Shown here: piece after piece, positions 7,826 through 17,012 of the stretch
How the letters are laid out: each line of letters starts with the position of its first letter
How positions within the stretch are numbered: the first letter of the stretch is position 1
Origin: Candidatus Zixiibacteriota bacterium
GTDB lineage: Bacteria > Zixibacteria > MSB-5A5 > RBG-16-43-9
Assembly (NCBI GenBank): GCA_022865345.1
Contig: JALHSU010000261.1
Coordinates: 1 to 53,415 of the forward strand
Length of the DNA: 53,415 bases
Direction: 5' to 3'
Translations under genes and position numbers: made by a program
Notes under the pieces: generated by a model
What the model was told of the DNA's origin: nothing
Database searches by the model: none
Seen by the model: only the letters and a program-made list of their open reading frames with translations

Positions 7826-8011
7826 ATGCCACTGCCTAAAAGAAGACATTCCAAGACCAGAGGAGCCAAACGAAGAACTCACTGGAAACTCGACGCTCCG
7901 AATGTTACCAGATGTTCTCATTGTCACCAGCCAAAACTGCCCCATCATGTCTGCCCGCATTGCGGATATTATGATGGCAAGGAAATCATAACCCCAGAAG
8001 AGACAACCTGA
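7826..8011 (+). CDS. rpmF: 50S ribosomal protein L32
   Basis: 61 aa. MPLPKRRHSKTRGAKRR N-terminus and a CSHC...CPHCG zinc ribbon. Confidence 0.95.
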   Translation: MPLPKRRHSKTRGAKRRTHWKLDAPNVTRCSHCHQPKLPHHVCPHCGYYDGKEIITPEETT

Positions 8012-8062
8012 GCCGGGAGTCCCGCTTTTAGCGGGAATACGGCAAGCAGGGAGGAGTAAGCT

Positions 8063-9079
8063 TTGATCCGGATCGCCTTAGATGCCATGGGAGGAGATTA
8101 TGCACCTGGATCAGTAGTGGAAGGTGCATTTTTAGCCTACCAGAAGAAAACCGACGATTTCAAGATCACCCTGGTCGGGGAGAAAGAAAAAATCGAAAAG
8201 GAGCTTTTGAGGCTCAACCTGCACAACTCTTTTTTCACCATAGAAAACGCAACCGAAAATGTGCGGATGGAGGAAAGCCCGACTGAGGCACTTAAGGAAA
8301 AGAAGAACTCCTCCATCGCGGTTGGTACCAGGCTGCAGAAGGAGAACAAGGTGGATGCTTTTATCTCCAGCGGTAATACCGGCGCGGTGATGGCTACCTC
8401 TCTTTTAACCTTAGGCCGATTAGAAGGGGTTTCCCGGCCGGCGATTGCCACCTGCCTTCCCACTGAAAAAGGGGTGGTGGTCTTCTTAGACGTTGGAGCT
8501 AATGCAGAATGCAAAGCCATAAACCTTTACCAGTTCGGGGTGATGGGAAGCATCTATGCCTCCCATGTTTTGAAAAAGGAATCTCCCAAGGTAGGTCTGC
8601 TTTCCATCGGAGAGGAAAGCACCAAAGGGACTGACATAGTTCAGGAGGCGCACAAGCTTTTGGAAAAGGGCCCGGTTAATTTCGTAGGCAACGTTGAAGG
8701 GACAGACGTTTTAAAAGGGACCTGCGACGTGGTGGTCACGGATGGTTTCGTGGGTAACATCGTTTTGAAGTTTACGGAAAGCATTGACGGATTTTTAACT
8801 TCTTTGGTTCACAAAAGGGTTAAGCAGAGCCTGCTTTTCAGATTCGGAGCTTTTCTTTTGAAAATCTCTCTCCGGGATTTAAGAAAAGTTTTAGACTATG
8901 CTGAATATGGCGGAGCCCCCCTTTTAGGGGTGAATGGAGTTTCTATAATCTGCCACGGAAAGTCTTCTCCCAAAGCCATCCAGAATGCTGTAAAAGTCGG
9001 AGTCGATATGGTTAAGGAAAAGGTAAATGAGATGATCCAGGAGAAACTTGCGAATAATAATAATCTGATGAAGGGGTAA
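8063..9079 (+). CDS. plsX: phosphate acyltransferase PlsX
   Basis: TTG start after GGAGGAG. IALDAMGGDYAP N-terminus. Operon position. Confidence 0.95.
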   Translation: MIRIALDAMGGDYAPGSVVEGAFLAYQKKTDDFKITLVGEKEKIEKELLRLNLHNSFFTIENATENVRMEESPTEALKEKKNSSIAVGTRLQKENKVDAFISSGNTGAVMATSLLTLGRLEGVSRPAIATCLPTEKGVVVFLDVGANAECKAINLYQFGVMGSIYASHVLKKESPKVGLLSIGEESTKGTDIVQEAHKLLEKGPVNFVGNVEGTDVLKGTCDVVVTDGFVGNIVLKFTESIDGFLTSLVHKRVKQSLLFRFGAFLLKISLRDLRKVLDYAEYGGAPLLGVNGVSIICHGKSSPKAIQNAVKVGVDMVKEKVNEMIQEKLANNNNLMKG

Positions 9080-9081
9080 AG

Positions 9082-10074
9082 ATGTCTAACCGATATGATG
9101 CAGTTATCACCGGAACGGGCTCCTTTACTCCGGAGAAGGTTTTGACTAATGCGGATTTGGAGAAGATGGTCGAGACCACGGATGAATGGATAACCGCCCG
9201 CAGCGGGATCAAGGAAAGAAGGATTGCAGATAAAGAGACAGCTGCCTCCGATCTATGTCTCGAAGCTACAAAGAAAGCCATGGCAGAGGCAAAGATAAAA
9301 CCAGAGGAGCTCGATTTGATCCTGATCGGGACCGTTACTCCGGATTATCTTTTACCCTCGACTGCCTGCATCCTTCAGGATAGATTGGGGGCGAAAAATG
9401 CCGCGGTGATGGATATAGTTGCTGCCTGCAGTGGTTTCATTTACGGGCTTTCAGTGGCTCAGGCTTTCATCTATTCCGGGAAATACAAGACCATCCTGGT
9501 AATCGGGGTCGAAGTTTTATCCAAGATCACCAATTGGAATGACCGGAACACCTGTGTTCTTTTCGGTGACGGAGCTGGTGCAGCTATTGTTCAGAGGACT
9601 CAGGAAAATAATAAGGGCATATTAGCCACTTATATATGCGGAGATGGTTCCCTGGCTAATCTTTTGCATATTCCGGTTGGCGGAACAAGGACGCCTCTGA
9701 CCAAAGAGAATATCGATAAAGGGGATCAATACATCAAGATGGAAGGAAGCGAGGTTTTTAAATCAGCCGTTAGGTCGATGGGGGATGCAGCTTTGAAGGC
9801 TTTAAAAGAAGCCAATATCTCCTCGGAGCAGATTGACCTTCTAATTCCGCATCAGGCAAATATAAGGATTATCGAGGCAACTGCCAAAAGGTTAAAAATG
9901 CCTATGGAAAAGGTTTTCGTCAATATAGATAAATACGGGAACACCTCTGCTGCCTCTATCCCGATTGCCTTAGACGAGGCAAGGAAATCCGGCCGGATAA
10001 AACCAGGTGACATCACTCTTCTGGTGGCTTTCGGGGCAGGATTCACCTGGGGCTCAGCAGTGATTAGATGGTAA
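9082..10074 (+). CDS. fabH: 3-oxoacyl-ACP synthase III
   Basis: 330 aa. Active-site AACSGF, HQAN and GNTSAAS motifs. Confidence 0.95.
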   Translation: MSNRYDAVITGTGSFTPEKVLTNADLEKMVETTDEWITARSGIKERRIADKETAASDLCLEATKKAMAEAKIKPEELDLILIGTVTPDYLLPSTACILQDRLGAKNAAVMDIVAACSGFIYGLSVAQAFIYSGKYKTILVIGVEVLSKITNWNDRNTCVLFGDGAGAAIVQRTQENNKGILATYICGDGSLANLLHIPVGGTRTPLTKENIDKGDQYIKMEGSEVFKSAVRSMGDAALKALKEANISSEQIDLLIPHQANIRIIEATAKRLKMPMEKVFVNIDKYGNTSAASIPIALDEARKSGRIKPGDITLLVAFGAGFTWGSAVIRW

Positions 10075-10135
10075 GAAAAGCAGGTAGCTCGTAGCAAGGA
10101 GCATGTAGCAAAAGAAGAGAGAAGATTAAATTGCT

Positions 10136-10292
10136 CTCCGTTGGTGTCTTCACCAACGGAGCCTTGTTGGTCAGGAGACCAACAAGGAGCAAGAATGATA
10201 ACTGTCATTCTGAGCCCGTAGGGCGAAGAATCTGTTTTCAAGTAAAATTCAATTGATTCTTCAGTCGTCCATTTGGACCTCTTCAGAATGAC
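10136..10292. repeat. three hairpin modules inside the fabH-fabD spacer
   Basis: CTCCGTTGGTG-TCTT-CACCAACGGAG (10136-10161), CCTTGTTGGTC-AGGA-GACCAACAAGG (10162-10187), GTCATTCTGAG...CAGAATGAC element (10204-10292). Confidence 0.85.
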
Positions 10293-10318
10293 AAAGAGAA
10301 TGTCGCACAATAAAATTT

Positions 10319-11266
10319 ATGGATAAAAAATTTACCTTCGTCTTTCCCGGTCAGGGTTCCCAGTATGTGGGGATGGCTAAAGATTTGTATGAGTCCTCCT
10401 TTGAGGTAAAAGAGCTTTATGCTAAAGCCTCAGATGTTCTGGAATACGATTTAGCGAAAGTCAGCTTTGAAGGACCAGAAGAGCTTTTAGTTCAGACCAA
10501 ATATACCCAGCCAGCCATCTTTGTTCACAGTGTGTCTCTGTGGCAGTTTCTAAAAAAAGAAGGAATTCTCCCCTCTTTTGTAGCCGGACATAGTTTAGGT
10601 GAGTATTCAGCCGCAGTTTGTGCTGGATTTTTTTCGTTTGAAGACGGGCTCAAAGCAGTCAAACACCGGAGCCTTCTGATGCAAAAGGCATGTGATAAAG
10701 AAAAAGGGACTATGGCGGCAATTATCGGCTTGTCCAGAGAAAAGGTTCTGGAGTTGTGTAAACAGGCGTCTAATTATGGTATAGTTCAGCCAGCCAATTT
10801 CAATTCCCCTGACCAGGTAGCCATAACCGGTGATTTAAAAGGTGTGGAGAAAGGGGCTGAGTTAGCTAAGGAATTCGGTGCAAAAAGGGTTATGCTGCTC
10901 TCGGTAGGTGGTGCTTATCACTCCCCTTTGATGGCTTTGGCAAAAGAAGGGATGGCAGAGGTTCTGAACAGCATGAAAATCAATCCAGGACAAGCACCAT
11001 TGATTGCCAACGTCACTGCCACTCCAACCAAAGATCCGGTTGAGCTGAAATATCTTCTGATAGAGCAGATAACCAGCTCGGTTCTGTGGCAACAGTCGAT
11101 AGAATATCTTTACAGTCAGGGGATAAGAGATTTTGTTGAAATAGGTCCGGGGAAAGTCCTGCAAGGGCTTTTGAGGAGGTCTTTTAAAGAGGTCAACTTA
11201 TACGGGATAGATAAGCTTTCCGAGCTTGAGCAGTTCGTAAAGGAGTATAAGGCAGTTGAGGCCTAA
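10319..11266 (+). CDS. fabD: malonyl-CoA:ACP transacylase
   Basis: FVFPGQGSQ and GHSLGEYSA motifs. Confidence 0.95.
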   Translation: MDKKFTFVFPGQGSQYVGMAKDLYESSFEVKELYAKASDVLEYDLAKVSFEGPEELLVQTKYTQPAIFVHSVSLWQFLKKEGILPSFVAGHSLGEYSAAVCAGFFSFEDGLKAVKHRSLLMQKACDKEKGTMAAIIGLSREKVLELCKQASNYGIVQPANFNSPDQVAITGDLKGVEKGAELAKEFGAKRVMLLSVGGAYHSPLMALAKEGMAEVLNSMKINPGQAPLIANVTATPTKDPVELKYLLIEQITSSVLWQQSIEYLYSQGIRDFVEIGPGKVLQGLLRRSFKEVNLYGIDKLSELEQFVKEYKAVEA

Positions 11267-11269
11267 GAT

Positions 11270-12013
11270 ATGGGTTTAAAAGGGAAAGTTGCTTTAATCA
11301 CCGGTGCCGCACAAGGGATAGGAAAAGCTATCTCTGAAAAGCTTGCTTCATCCGGTGTAAATTTGATTCTCTGGGATGTAAACTTGGAGTTAGCTGAAAA
11401 AGTGGCATCTGAGCTGCAAACCGAGAAAAATATAAAAGCCCTGGCCCAAAAGGTGGACGTATCAAATTACTCTATGGTGGAAGCAGGTTTAAAAAAAGCG
11501 CTGGAGGAATTTTTGCAGATCGATATTTTAGTCAACAATGCTGGTATAACCCGGGATGAACTTTTGATACGAATGAGCGAGGAGGACTGGGATAAAGTTA
11601 TAGATGTGAATCTCAAAGGCACATTTAACTTAAGCAAGGCGGTTTCCAGGATTATGCTGAAACAAAAATCCGGAAGAATCGTAAACATAAGCTCGGTTGT
11701 GGGGTTAATGGGGAATATCGGGCAGGTGAACTATTCTGCCTCCAAAGCTGGGCTTTTGGGCCTGACCAAGTCTTTAGCTAAGGAGTTAGCTTCAAGGGAT
11801 ATAACAGTCAACGCAGTAGCACCTGGATATATCAAGACCGAGATGACGGAAAAGATTCCGGAAGAGGCGAAAAAGGCTTTTCTTTCTTCCATCCCTTTGA
11901 GAAGAGAAGGGTTGCCTGAAGACGTGGCAAATACTGTTGCATTTTTGGTTTCGGATGAAGCGAGTTATATTACCGGACAGGTGATGCAGGTGGATGGTGG
12001 ATTGCTGATGTAA
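11270..12013 (+). CDS. fabG: 3-oxoacyl-ACP reductase
   Basis: SDR motifs TGAAQGIG, NNAG and YSASK. Operon position. Confidence 0.95.
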   Translation: MGLKGKVALITGAAQGIGKAISEKLASSGVNLILWDVNLELAEKVASELQTEKNIKALAQKVDVSNYSMVEAGLKKALEEFLQIDILVNNAGITRDELLIRMSEEDWDKVIDVNLKGTFNLSKAVSRIMLKQKSGRIVNISSVVGLMGNIGQVNYSASKAGLLGLTKSLAKELASRDITVNAVAPGYIKTEMTEKIPEEAKKAFLSSIPLRREGLPEDVANTVAFLVSDEASYITGQVMQVDGGLLM

Positions 12014-12155
12014 AAAAGCTGGTAGCAGGGAGCGAAAAAACGTAGCGTCAGGCTTTACGCCCGACGTAAAAGAAAAGTTCAAAGGTTTAAAGGTTCAAGG
12101 GAAAAAAATAAAGAAAAGAATCAGGGATAACAATTAAAAAGGAGGAGGTGAAAAA

Positions 12156-12401
12156 ATGGCATCAGTGGATGAAAAGGTAAAGGAAATAATCGTGGAGCAG
12201 TTGGGAGTGGACCCGGCTCAGGTTACGCCGGAGGCTTCTTTTGTAAACGACTTAGGAGCTGATTCCTTAGATACGGTGGAGTTAGTAATGGCTTTAGAGG
12301 AGGAGTTCAACCTGGAGATACCGGACGAGGAGGCTGAGAAGATCACGACTGTGGGACAGGCGATTGAATATATCAAGCAGAACAGTTCCAAGGAAGCATA
12401 A
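12156..12401 (+). CDS. acpP: acyl carrier protein
   Basis: 81 aa. [13 protein letters not shown] phosphopantetheine site. AAAGGAGGAGG SD. Confidence 0.97.
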   Translation: MASVDEKVKEIIVEQLGVDPAQVTPEASFVNDLGADSLDTVELVMALEEEFNLEIPDEEAEKITTVGQAIEYIKQNSSKEA

Positions 12402-12460
12402 AAGCTCTATTTGAAAATGGTTTTTGCATTAGTAAGAAATCATAAAATCAGGTGAGTTAA

Positions 12461-13702
12461 ATGAAAAGGAGAGTAGTTCTCACCGGGTTGGGGGTTATCT
12501 CTCCGGTGGGTAACAGTGTGGAGGAGCTGTGGGAAGCTCTGAAAAGCGGCAAATCCGGAGCAGGTAAGATAACCAGGTTTGACGTTTCGAATTTTACCAC
12601 CCGGATTGCGGCTGAGGTAAAAGGGTTTGACCCTCTGCAGTATATCGACAAGAAGGAAGCCCGCAGAATGGGTTTGCACGAGCAGTACTCTATGTCCACT
12701 GCTTTTCAGGTAATGCAGGATGCGAAGCTGGACTCCAACTCATTCGACCCGGACAAAGCTGGAGCAGTTATCGGAAGCGGGATCGGAGGGGTAGACGTTA
12801 TGGAAACCCAGCATTCGGTCCTTCTAAAAGACGGGCCGGGAAGGGTAAGCCCTTTCTTTGTTCCTATGATGATCGTGGACATGTCTGCTGGCCTGGTTTC
12901 CATACGTTACAATCTGAAAGGTCCTAATTATGCCACAGTCTCTGCCTGTGCCTCCGGCGCGCATGCGATTGCAGATTCCTTCAAGATCATTCAGAGGGGG
13001 GATGCGGAGTTAATGGTTACCGGAGCAAGCGAAGCTTCCATCACCCCGCTTGCCTTGGCCGGGTTTTGCTCTGCCAGGGCCTTATCCACCAGAAATGAGG
13101 AGCCGGAAAAAGCTTCCAGACCCTTTGACAAATTAAGAGATGGCTTTGTTATGGGCGAAGGATCAGGAATGCTGATTCTGGAGAGTTTAGAGCATGCGCA
13201 AAAAAGAGGGGTTAAAATCTATGCGGAGATGGTGGGGGTCGGAATGACTGCAGATGCCTATCATATCACTGCCCCGGCCCCAGACGGGGATGGAGCTATT
13301 CGCTCGATGAAATTAGCTCTTCAGGATGCCGGGCTAAACCCGGAGGAAGTGGATTATATCAACACGCACGGCACCTCCACAGATTTAGGTGACATCGCCG
13401 AGACCAAGGCAATAAAAAATGTGTTTGGAGAAAGGGCTTACAAGATTCCGGCTAATTCCACCAAGTCGCTGGTCGGACACCTTTTGGGAGCAGCCGGCGC
13501 AGTTGAGCTGATTGCGACCATAAAATCTATGGAGCAGGGGATTTTGCATCCTACTATAAACCAGGAGGTGCCTGACCCGGAATGTGACTTGGACTATGTT
13601 CCGAACCAATTTCGAAAGCACCAGATCAGGGTGGCTTTAAGCAACTCCTTCGGATTTGGAGGGCATAACATAACCCTGGCCATAAAAAAATTCGAAGAAT
13701 AA
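12461..13702 (+). CDS. fabF: 3-oxoacyl-ACP synthase II
   Basis: 413 aa. [13 protein letters not shown] and GHLLGAAG motifs (Cys-His-His triad). Confidence 0.95.
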   Translation: MKRRVVLTGLGVISPVGNSVEELWEALKSGKSGAGKITRFDVSNFTTRIAAEVKGFDPLQYIDKKEARRMGLHEQYSMSTAFQVMQDAKLDSNSFDPDKAGAVIGSGIGGVDVMETQHSVLLKDGPGRVSPFFVPMMIVDMSAGLVSIRYNLKGPNYATVSACASGAHAIADSFKIIQRGDAELMVTGASEASITPLALAGFCSARALSTRNEEPEKASRPFDKLRDGFVMGEGSGMLILESLEHAQKRGVKIYAEMVGVGMTADAYHITAPAPDGDGAIRSMKLALQDAGLNPEEVDYINTHGTSTDLGDIAETKAIKNVFGERAYKIPANSTKSLVGHLLGAAGAVELIATIKSMEQGILHPTINQEVPDPECDLDYVPNQFRKHQIRVALSNSFGFGGHNITLAIKKFEE

Positions 13703-13721
13703 ACCCTTCTCTAATTTTCCT

Positions 13722-14471
13722 ATGAGATTTGAACCGGGCAGGTTTATCAGGAACTTATTTTTTAGATCAAAAGCTGGTTTAAAAGAAGGGTTAGAGCAAA
13801 GGCTGGGGTATAAGTTCAGAAACAAAGCTCTCTTAGAAGAGGCACTGATTCACCGCTCTTTCTTAAAAGAGGCTGGCAAAGAGAGAACTTCCTCTTATGA
13901 AAGACTGGAGTTTTTAGGTGATGCGGTCTTGGGACTTTCGGTCAGCCTGTATCTTTTTGAGAATTTCCCGGACAAAGATGAGGGGGAATTAACCAAGCTC
14001 AAAGCCACTTTGGTGAGCGAGGTAAATCTTTCCCGCCGGGCAAAACTGATCTCCTTAGGGAAATATCTTCATTTAAGCGCAGAGGAGGAAAAATCCGGAG
14101 GAAGGTCCAGGCCTTCTATCCTGTCTGATTCGTATGAAGCCCTGTTAGGTGCTATTTTTTTGGATGGTGGTCTGGCAGCAGCAGAACAGTTTATCCAGGC
14201 ACATCTCCTGAAAAATTTAAAGGAGACGGCTGAAGATAAATCTATGCATAACTACAAGGGTGAGCTTCTGGAACTGCTGCAGGCTGAAGGTGAGGGGATT
14301 CCCAAATATGAGGTTTTGGAGGAGGAGGGACCTGACCATCAGAAGATGTTCACCATCGGGGTTTATTCCAAGGGAAAACTTTTAGGAACAGGGAAAGGGT
14401 TAAGTAAAAAAGAGGCTGAGCAAAGTGCCGCCAAGATGGCTTTAGAGGAACTCGAAAAGGAGACAAATTAG
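13722..14471 (+). CDS. rnc: ribonuclease III
   Basis: ERLEFLGDAVL signature plus a C-terminal dsRBD (GPDHQKMFTIGV...GKGLSKKEAEQSAA). Confidence 0.95.
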   Translation: MRFEPGRFIRNLFFRSKAGLKEGLEQRLGYKFRNKALLEEALIHRSFLKEAGKERTSSYERLEFLGDAVLGLSVSLYLFENFPDKDEGELTKLKATLVSEVNLSRRAKLISLGKYLHLSAEEEKSGGRSRPSILSDSYEALLGAIFLDGGLAAAEQFIQAHLLKNLKETAEDKSMHNYKGELLELLQAEGEGIPKYEVLEEEGPDHQKMFTIGVYSKGKLLGTGKGLSKKEAEQSAAKMALEELEKETN

Positions 14472-14473
14472 AA

Positions 14474-15631
14474 ATGGATTTTCTGTTGACTGAAGAGCAG
14501 AAAAAGTTAAGAGAGCTGAGCAGGAAGATAGCTTTGGAAAAAATTCTCCCGAAGAGAGAATATTTTGATGAGACTGAGGAGTTCCCCTGGGAGATAGTAA
14601 AGGAGTTAGCTTCAGCCGGGCTGTTTGAGGTTTACATTTCTGAGGAATATGGAGGAAAAGGCGGTGGGGTTACTGAGCTTGCTGTGGTGGCTGAGGAGCT
14701 TTCCAGGGTCTGCGGTGGAATCGCGCTTTCCTTTGCCGGAACTGCTTTGGGAACTTATCCGATCCTGCTTTTCGGAAATGAAAAGCAGAAGAAAAAGTAC
14801 CTTCCACTTATAGCTAAAGGTGAAAAATTAGCCGCTTTCGGGTTGACCGAGCCGAATGCGGGTAGCGATGCCTCATCCATTCAGACCCAGGCAAAGAAAG
14901 TAGAGGGTGGGTATCTTTTGAACGGGACCAAACAGTGGATCACCAACGGAGGAGAAGCGGAAGTTTACACCATAGTCGCAGTCACAGATAAAAGCAAAGG
15001 AGCAAGAGGCGCATCTGCATTCATAGTGGAGAAAGGGTACGAGGGTTTTTCCTTTGGCAAAAAAGAAAAGAAAATGGGAATTAGGGCATCTGCCACCCGG
15101 GAGCTTAATTTTTCGGACTGTTTTGTGCCAGAGGAAAACCTTTTGGGAAAAGAAGGGGGCGGGTTTATCGTGGCGATGAGAACTTTTGACAAAACCAGAC
15201 CCGGTGTTGCAGCTCAATCCTTAGGTATTGCCCAGGGGGCTTTGGACGAAGCTCTGGTTTATTCCAGAAAAAGGGAACAGTTTGGACAGCAGATCTCCTC
15301 TTTTCAGGACATTCAGTTTAAGTTAGCGGATATGGCAACCCAGATCGAGGCAGCCAGAGCACTGGTCTATTCAGTTGCACTTCTCATCGACTCCGGAGCA
15401 GAAAAAGTCTCCAAGGAATCCTCTATGGCTAAGATATTCGCTTCAGACGTAGCAGTCAAAGTGACCAGTATGGCTGTGCAGATTTTTGGAGGATATGGTT
15501 ACCTGAGAAACTATCCAGTCGAAAAGATGATGCGGGATGCCAAGATAACCCAGATCTACGAAGGCACAAATGAGATCCAGAGGGGAATTATCGCGCTGAA
15601 CCTCATCAAAGAGATAGTTAGTAAGAAATAA
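14474..15631 (+). CDS. acyl-CoA dehydrogenase (short/medium-chain type)
   Basis: 385 aa. GLTEPNAGSD, QWITNG and IYEGTNEIQ motifs. Confidence 0.9.
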   Translation: MDFLLTEEQKKLRELSRKIALEKILPKREYFDETEEFPWEIVKELASAGLFEVYISEEYGGKGGGVTELAVVAEELSRVCGGIALSFAGTALGTYPILLFGNEKQKKKYLPLIAKGEKLAAFGLTEPNAGSDASSIQTQAKKVEGGYLLNGTKQWITNGGEAEVYTIVAVTDKSKGARGASAFIVEKGYEGFSFGKKEKKMGIRASATRELNFSDCFVPEENLLGKEGGGFIVAMRTFDKTRPGVAAQSLGIAQGALDEALVYSRKREQFGQQISSFQDIQFKLADMATQIEAARALVYSVALLIDSGAEKVSKESSMAKIFASDVAVKVTSMAVQIFGGYGYLRNYPVEKMMRDAKITQIYEGTNEIQRGIIALNLIKEIVSKK

Positions 15632-15635
15632 AAAT

Positions 15636-15783
15636 GTAGGGGCGGGGTTTCTCCGCCCCGAATTACGGATGCTGGGACAGGGGTTGTACCCCTGTCCCCT
15701 CTTTTTTACGGGCAGGAGTCCAACTCCTGCCCGAGCAACGAATAGTGTCATTGCGAGGAGGTCATTTGACCGACGAAGCAATC
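15636..15783. repeat. hairpin array downstream of the acyl-CoA dehydrogenase gene
   Basis: GTAGGGGCGGGGTTTCTCCGCCCC (15636-15659), terminator hairpin, GGGCAGGAGT-CCA-ACTCCTGCCC (15710-15732), GTCATTGCGAGGAGGTCATTTGACCGACGAAGCAATC (15747-15783). Confidence 0.85.
15674..15708 (+). terminator. Rho-independent terminator after the acyl-CoA dehydrogenase gene
   Basis: GGGACAGGGG-TTGTA-CCCCTGTCCC followed by CTCTTTTTT. Confidence 0.8.
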
Positions 15784-15876
15784 CTCTGTCAGAGATTGTG
15801 AGGGTCAGCACCAACACCTGCGTGATTCTTGTTTTAGATCTCCCCTATAATTTCGCCTTTTTTTCAAATTAAACAT

Positions 15877-15905
15877 TTGACTTGGGTTTTATAAAATTTA
15901 TATTA
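15877..15905 (+). promoter_or_regulatory. sigma70-like promoter of tRNA-Arg
   Basis: TTGACT (15877-15882), 16 nt spacer, TATATT (15899-15904). About 36 nt upstream of the tRNA 5' end. Confidence 0.55.
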
Positions 15906-15940
15906 GGGCTGAACATATTCTCATATTGTCTTAATTTTTT

Positions 15941-16014
15941 GCGCCCATAGCTCAAATGGATAGAGCGCCTGACTACGGATCAGACGGTTGGGGGTTCGAC
16001 TCCCTCTGGGCGCA
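15941..16014 (+). tRNA. tRNA-Arg (anticodon ACG)
   Basis: Cloverleaf folded by hand. Acceptor GCGCCCA/TGGGCGC, D arm GCTC-AAATGGATA-GAGC, anticodon stem CCTGA/TCAG(A) with loop CTACGGA, T arm GGGGG-TTCGACT-CCCTC. No CCA is encoded. Closely resembles E. coli tRNA-Arg(ICG) in the D arm. Confidence 0.9.
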
Positions 16015-16082
16015 AGAAAGACAGTGATTAGTGATTAGCAGAGAAAGTCGAGTTTTCTAGAGGCATGACCGGGAGGGCTAAG

Positions 16083-16424
16083 ATGTATAAGAAAAAACTC
16101 CTCTTGCTGATAGTCAGAATCATATTTCTGGTTTTACTGGTTAATTTTTCTTCCTTGGTCCTCAGTTGCGTCAACCCTCTTGGATTTGGCGATAAAGGCG
16201 GACTAATTATGGTAACCGGAAAAGTGCAAGCAGGAGTGGAGTCGGATTGCTGGATTTTGATTTCAAATGCAGGAAAATCTTATGAGCTTTACGGTGAAAG
16301 GTCTTCAGAAATTAAAAAGGAAGGTGTTAAGGTAAAGGTCGTGGGGAAAATATTGACAAATACAGTTAGTTTTTGTATGCAAGGCACCCCTTTAGAGGTT
16401 ATCAGTTATCAAAAACTGGATTGA
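16083..16424 (+). CDS. small putative lipoprotein, function unknown
   Basis: ORF 16065..16424. ATG 16083 follows GGGAGGG. MYKKKLLLLIV...LVLSC lipobox-like signal. Confidence 0.6.
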   Translation: MYKKKLLLLIVRIIFLVLLVNFSSLVLSCVNPLGFGDKGGLIMVTGKVQAGVESDCWILISNAGKSYELYGERSSEIKKEGVKVKVVGKILTNTVSFCMQGTPLEVISYQKLD

Positions 16425-16428
16425 GCAA

Positions 16429-16809
16429 ATGGGGACAGAGTCTGAGGAGTGTAGTTTTTTAGTATTTGGGACACGGTTTTTTTTGGCCCTCGCCCTGATC
16501 TTTTTGGTTTCAGTGACAAGCTGCACCAAACCAATCCCGATCTACGAAGTGCCGCCTCCGGTTCCAAGTAAGGTGAATATATATGACAATTTTTTTGATC
16601 CTCCTACCTTTACAGTTAGAGCAGGCACAAGAATAACCTTTACAAACCTTGGATACCACAATCATTCAGCCACCAGCGACCAGGGGGTTTTCGATTCCGG
16701 AACCTTAGCTCCAGGACAAAGCTTTTCTTTTACTTTTCAGGATAAAGGGGAATTTAGTTTCCACTGCAAGTTCCATCCAGAAATGCTTGCGGAAATAATA
16801 GTTCAATGA
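16429..16809 (+). CDS. cupredoxin-fold (plastocyanin/azurin-like) copper protein, putative lipoprotein
   Basis: 126 aa. Signal ending VTSC. Candidate type-1 Cu ligands: H in GYHNH and the C-terminal HCKFHPEM (C-x2-H-x2-M). Confidence 0.75.
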   Translation: MGTESEECSFLVFGTRFFLALALIFLVSVTSCTKPIPIYEVPPPVPSKVNIYDNFFDPPTFTVRAGTRITFTNLGYHNHSATSDQGVFDSGTLAPGQSFSFTFQDKGEFSFHCKFHPEMLAEIIVQ

Positions 16810-16850
16810 AATTGTCTACCCGGGTTGAGAACAGCTTGGGAATGCAAATT

Positions 16851-16878
16851 GTAGGGGCGTATTGCAATACGCCCCTAC
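16851..16878. repeat. perfect 28-nt palindrome GTAGGGGCGTATTGCAATACGCCCCTAC
   Basis: Read directly. It serves as the reference copy for the GTATTGCAATAC core class. Confidence 0.95.
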
Positions 16879-16932
16879 AATCAATTTTGATTATAATCCG
16901 TTGCTAAAATAATCGTATACTTTTGGATTTGA

Positions 16933-16986
16933 GTCATGAAGGGAGTCGATTGCTCTGTCATTCCTGCGGAAACTCCTCGCCATGAC
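16933..16986. repeat. GTCATG...CATGAC inverted-repeat element (relative of the GTCATT family)
   Basis: GTCATGAAGGGAGT...ACTCCTCGCCATGAC. Confidence 0.6.
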
Positions 16987-17012
16987 TGAGAAGATAGTTA
17001 CTTGTATCGAAT

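Noticed and set aside
9852-10310. 152-aa ORF on the minus strand spanning the fabH 3' end and the fabH-fabD spacer
   Set aside because: It is antisense to a confidently called fabH, and its remainder consists of hairpin-element sequence.
15443-15872. ORFs 15443..15817(-) and 15669..15872(+)
   Set aside because: They cover the terminator and hairpin array downstream of the acyl-CoA dehydrogenase gene, and the palindromes give open frames on both strands.
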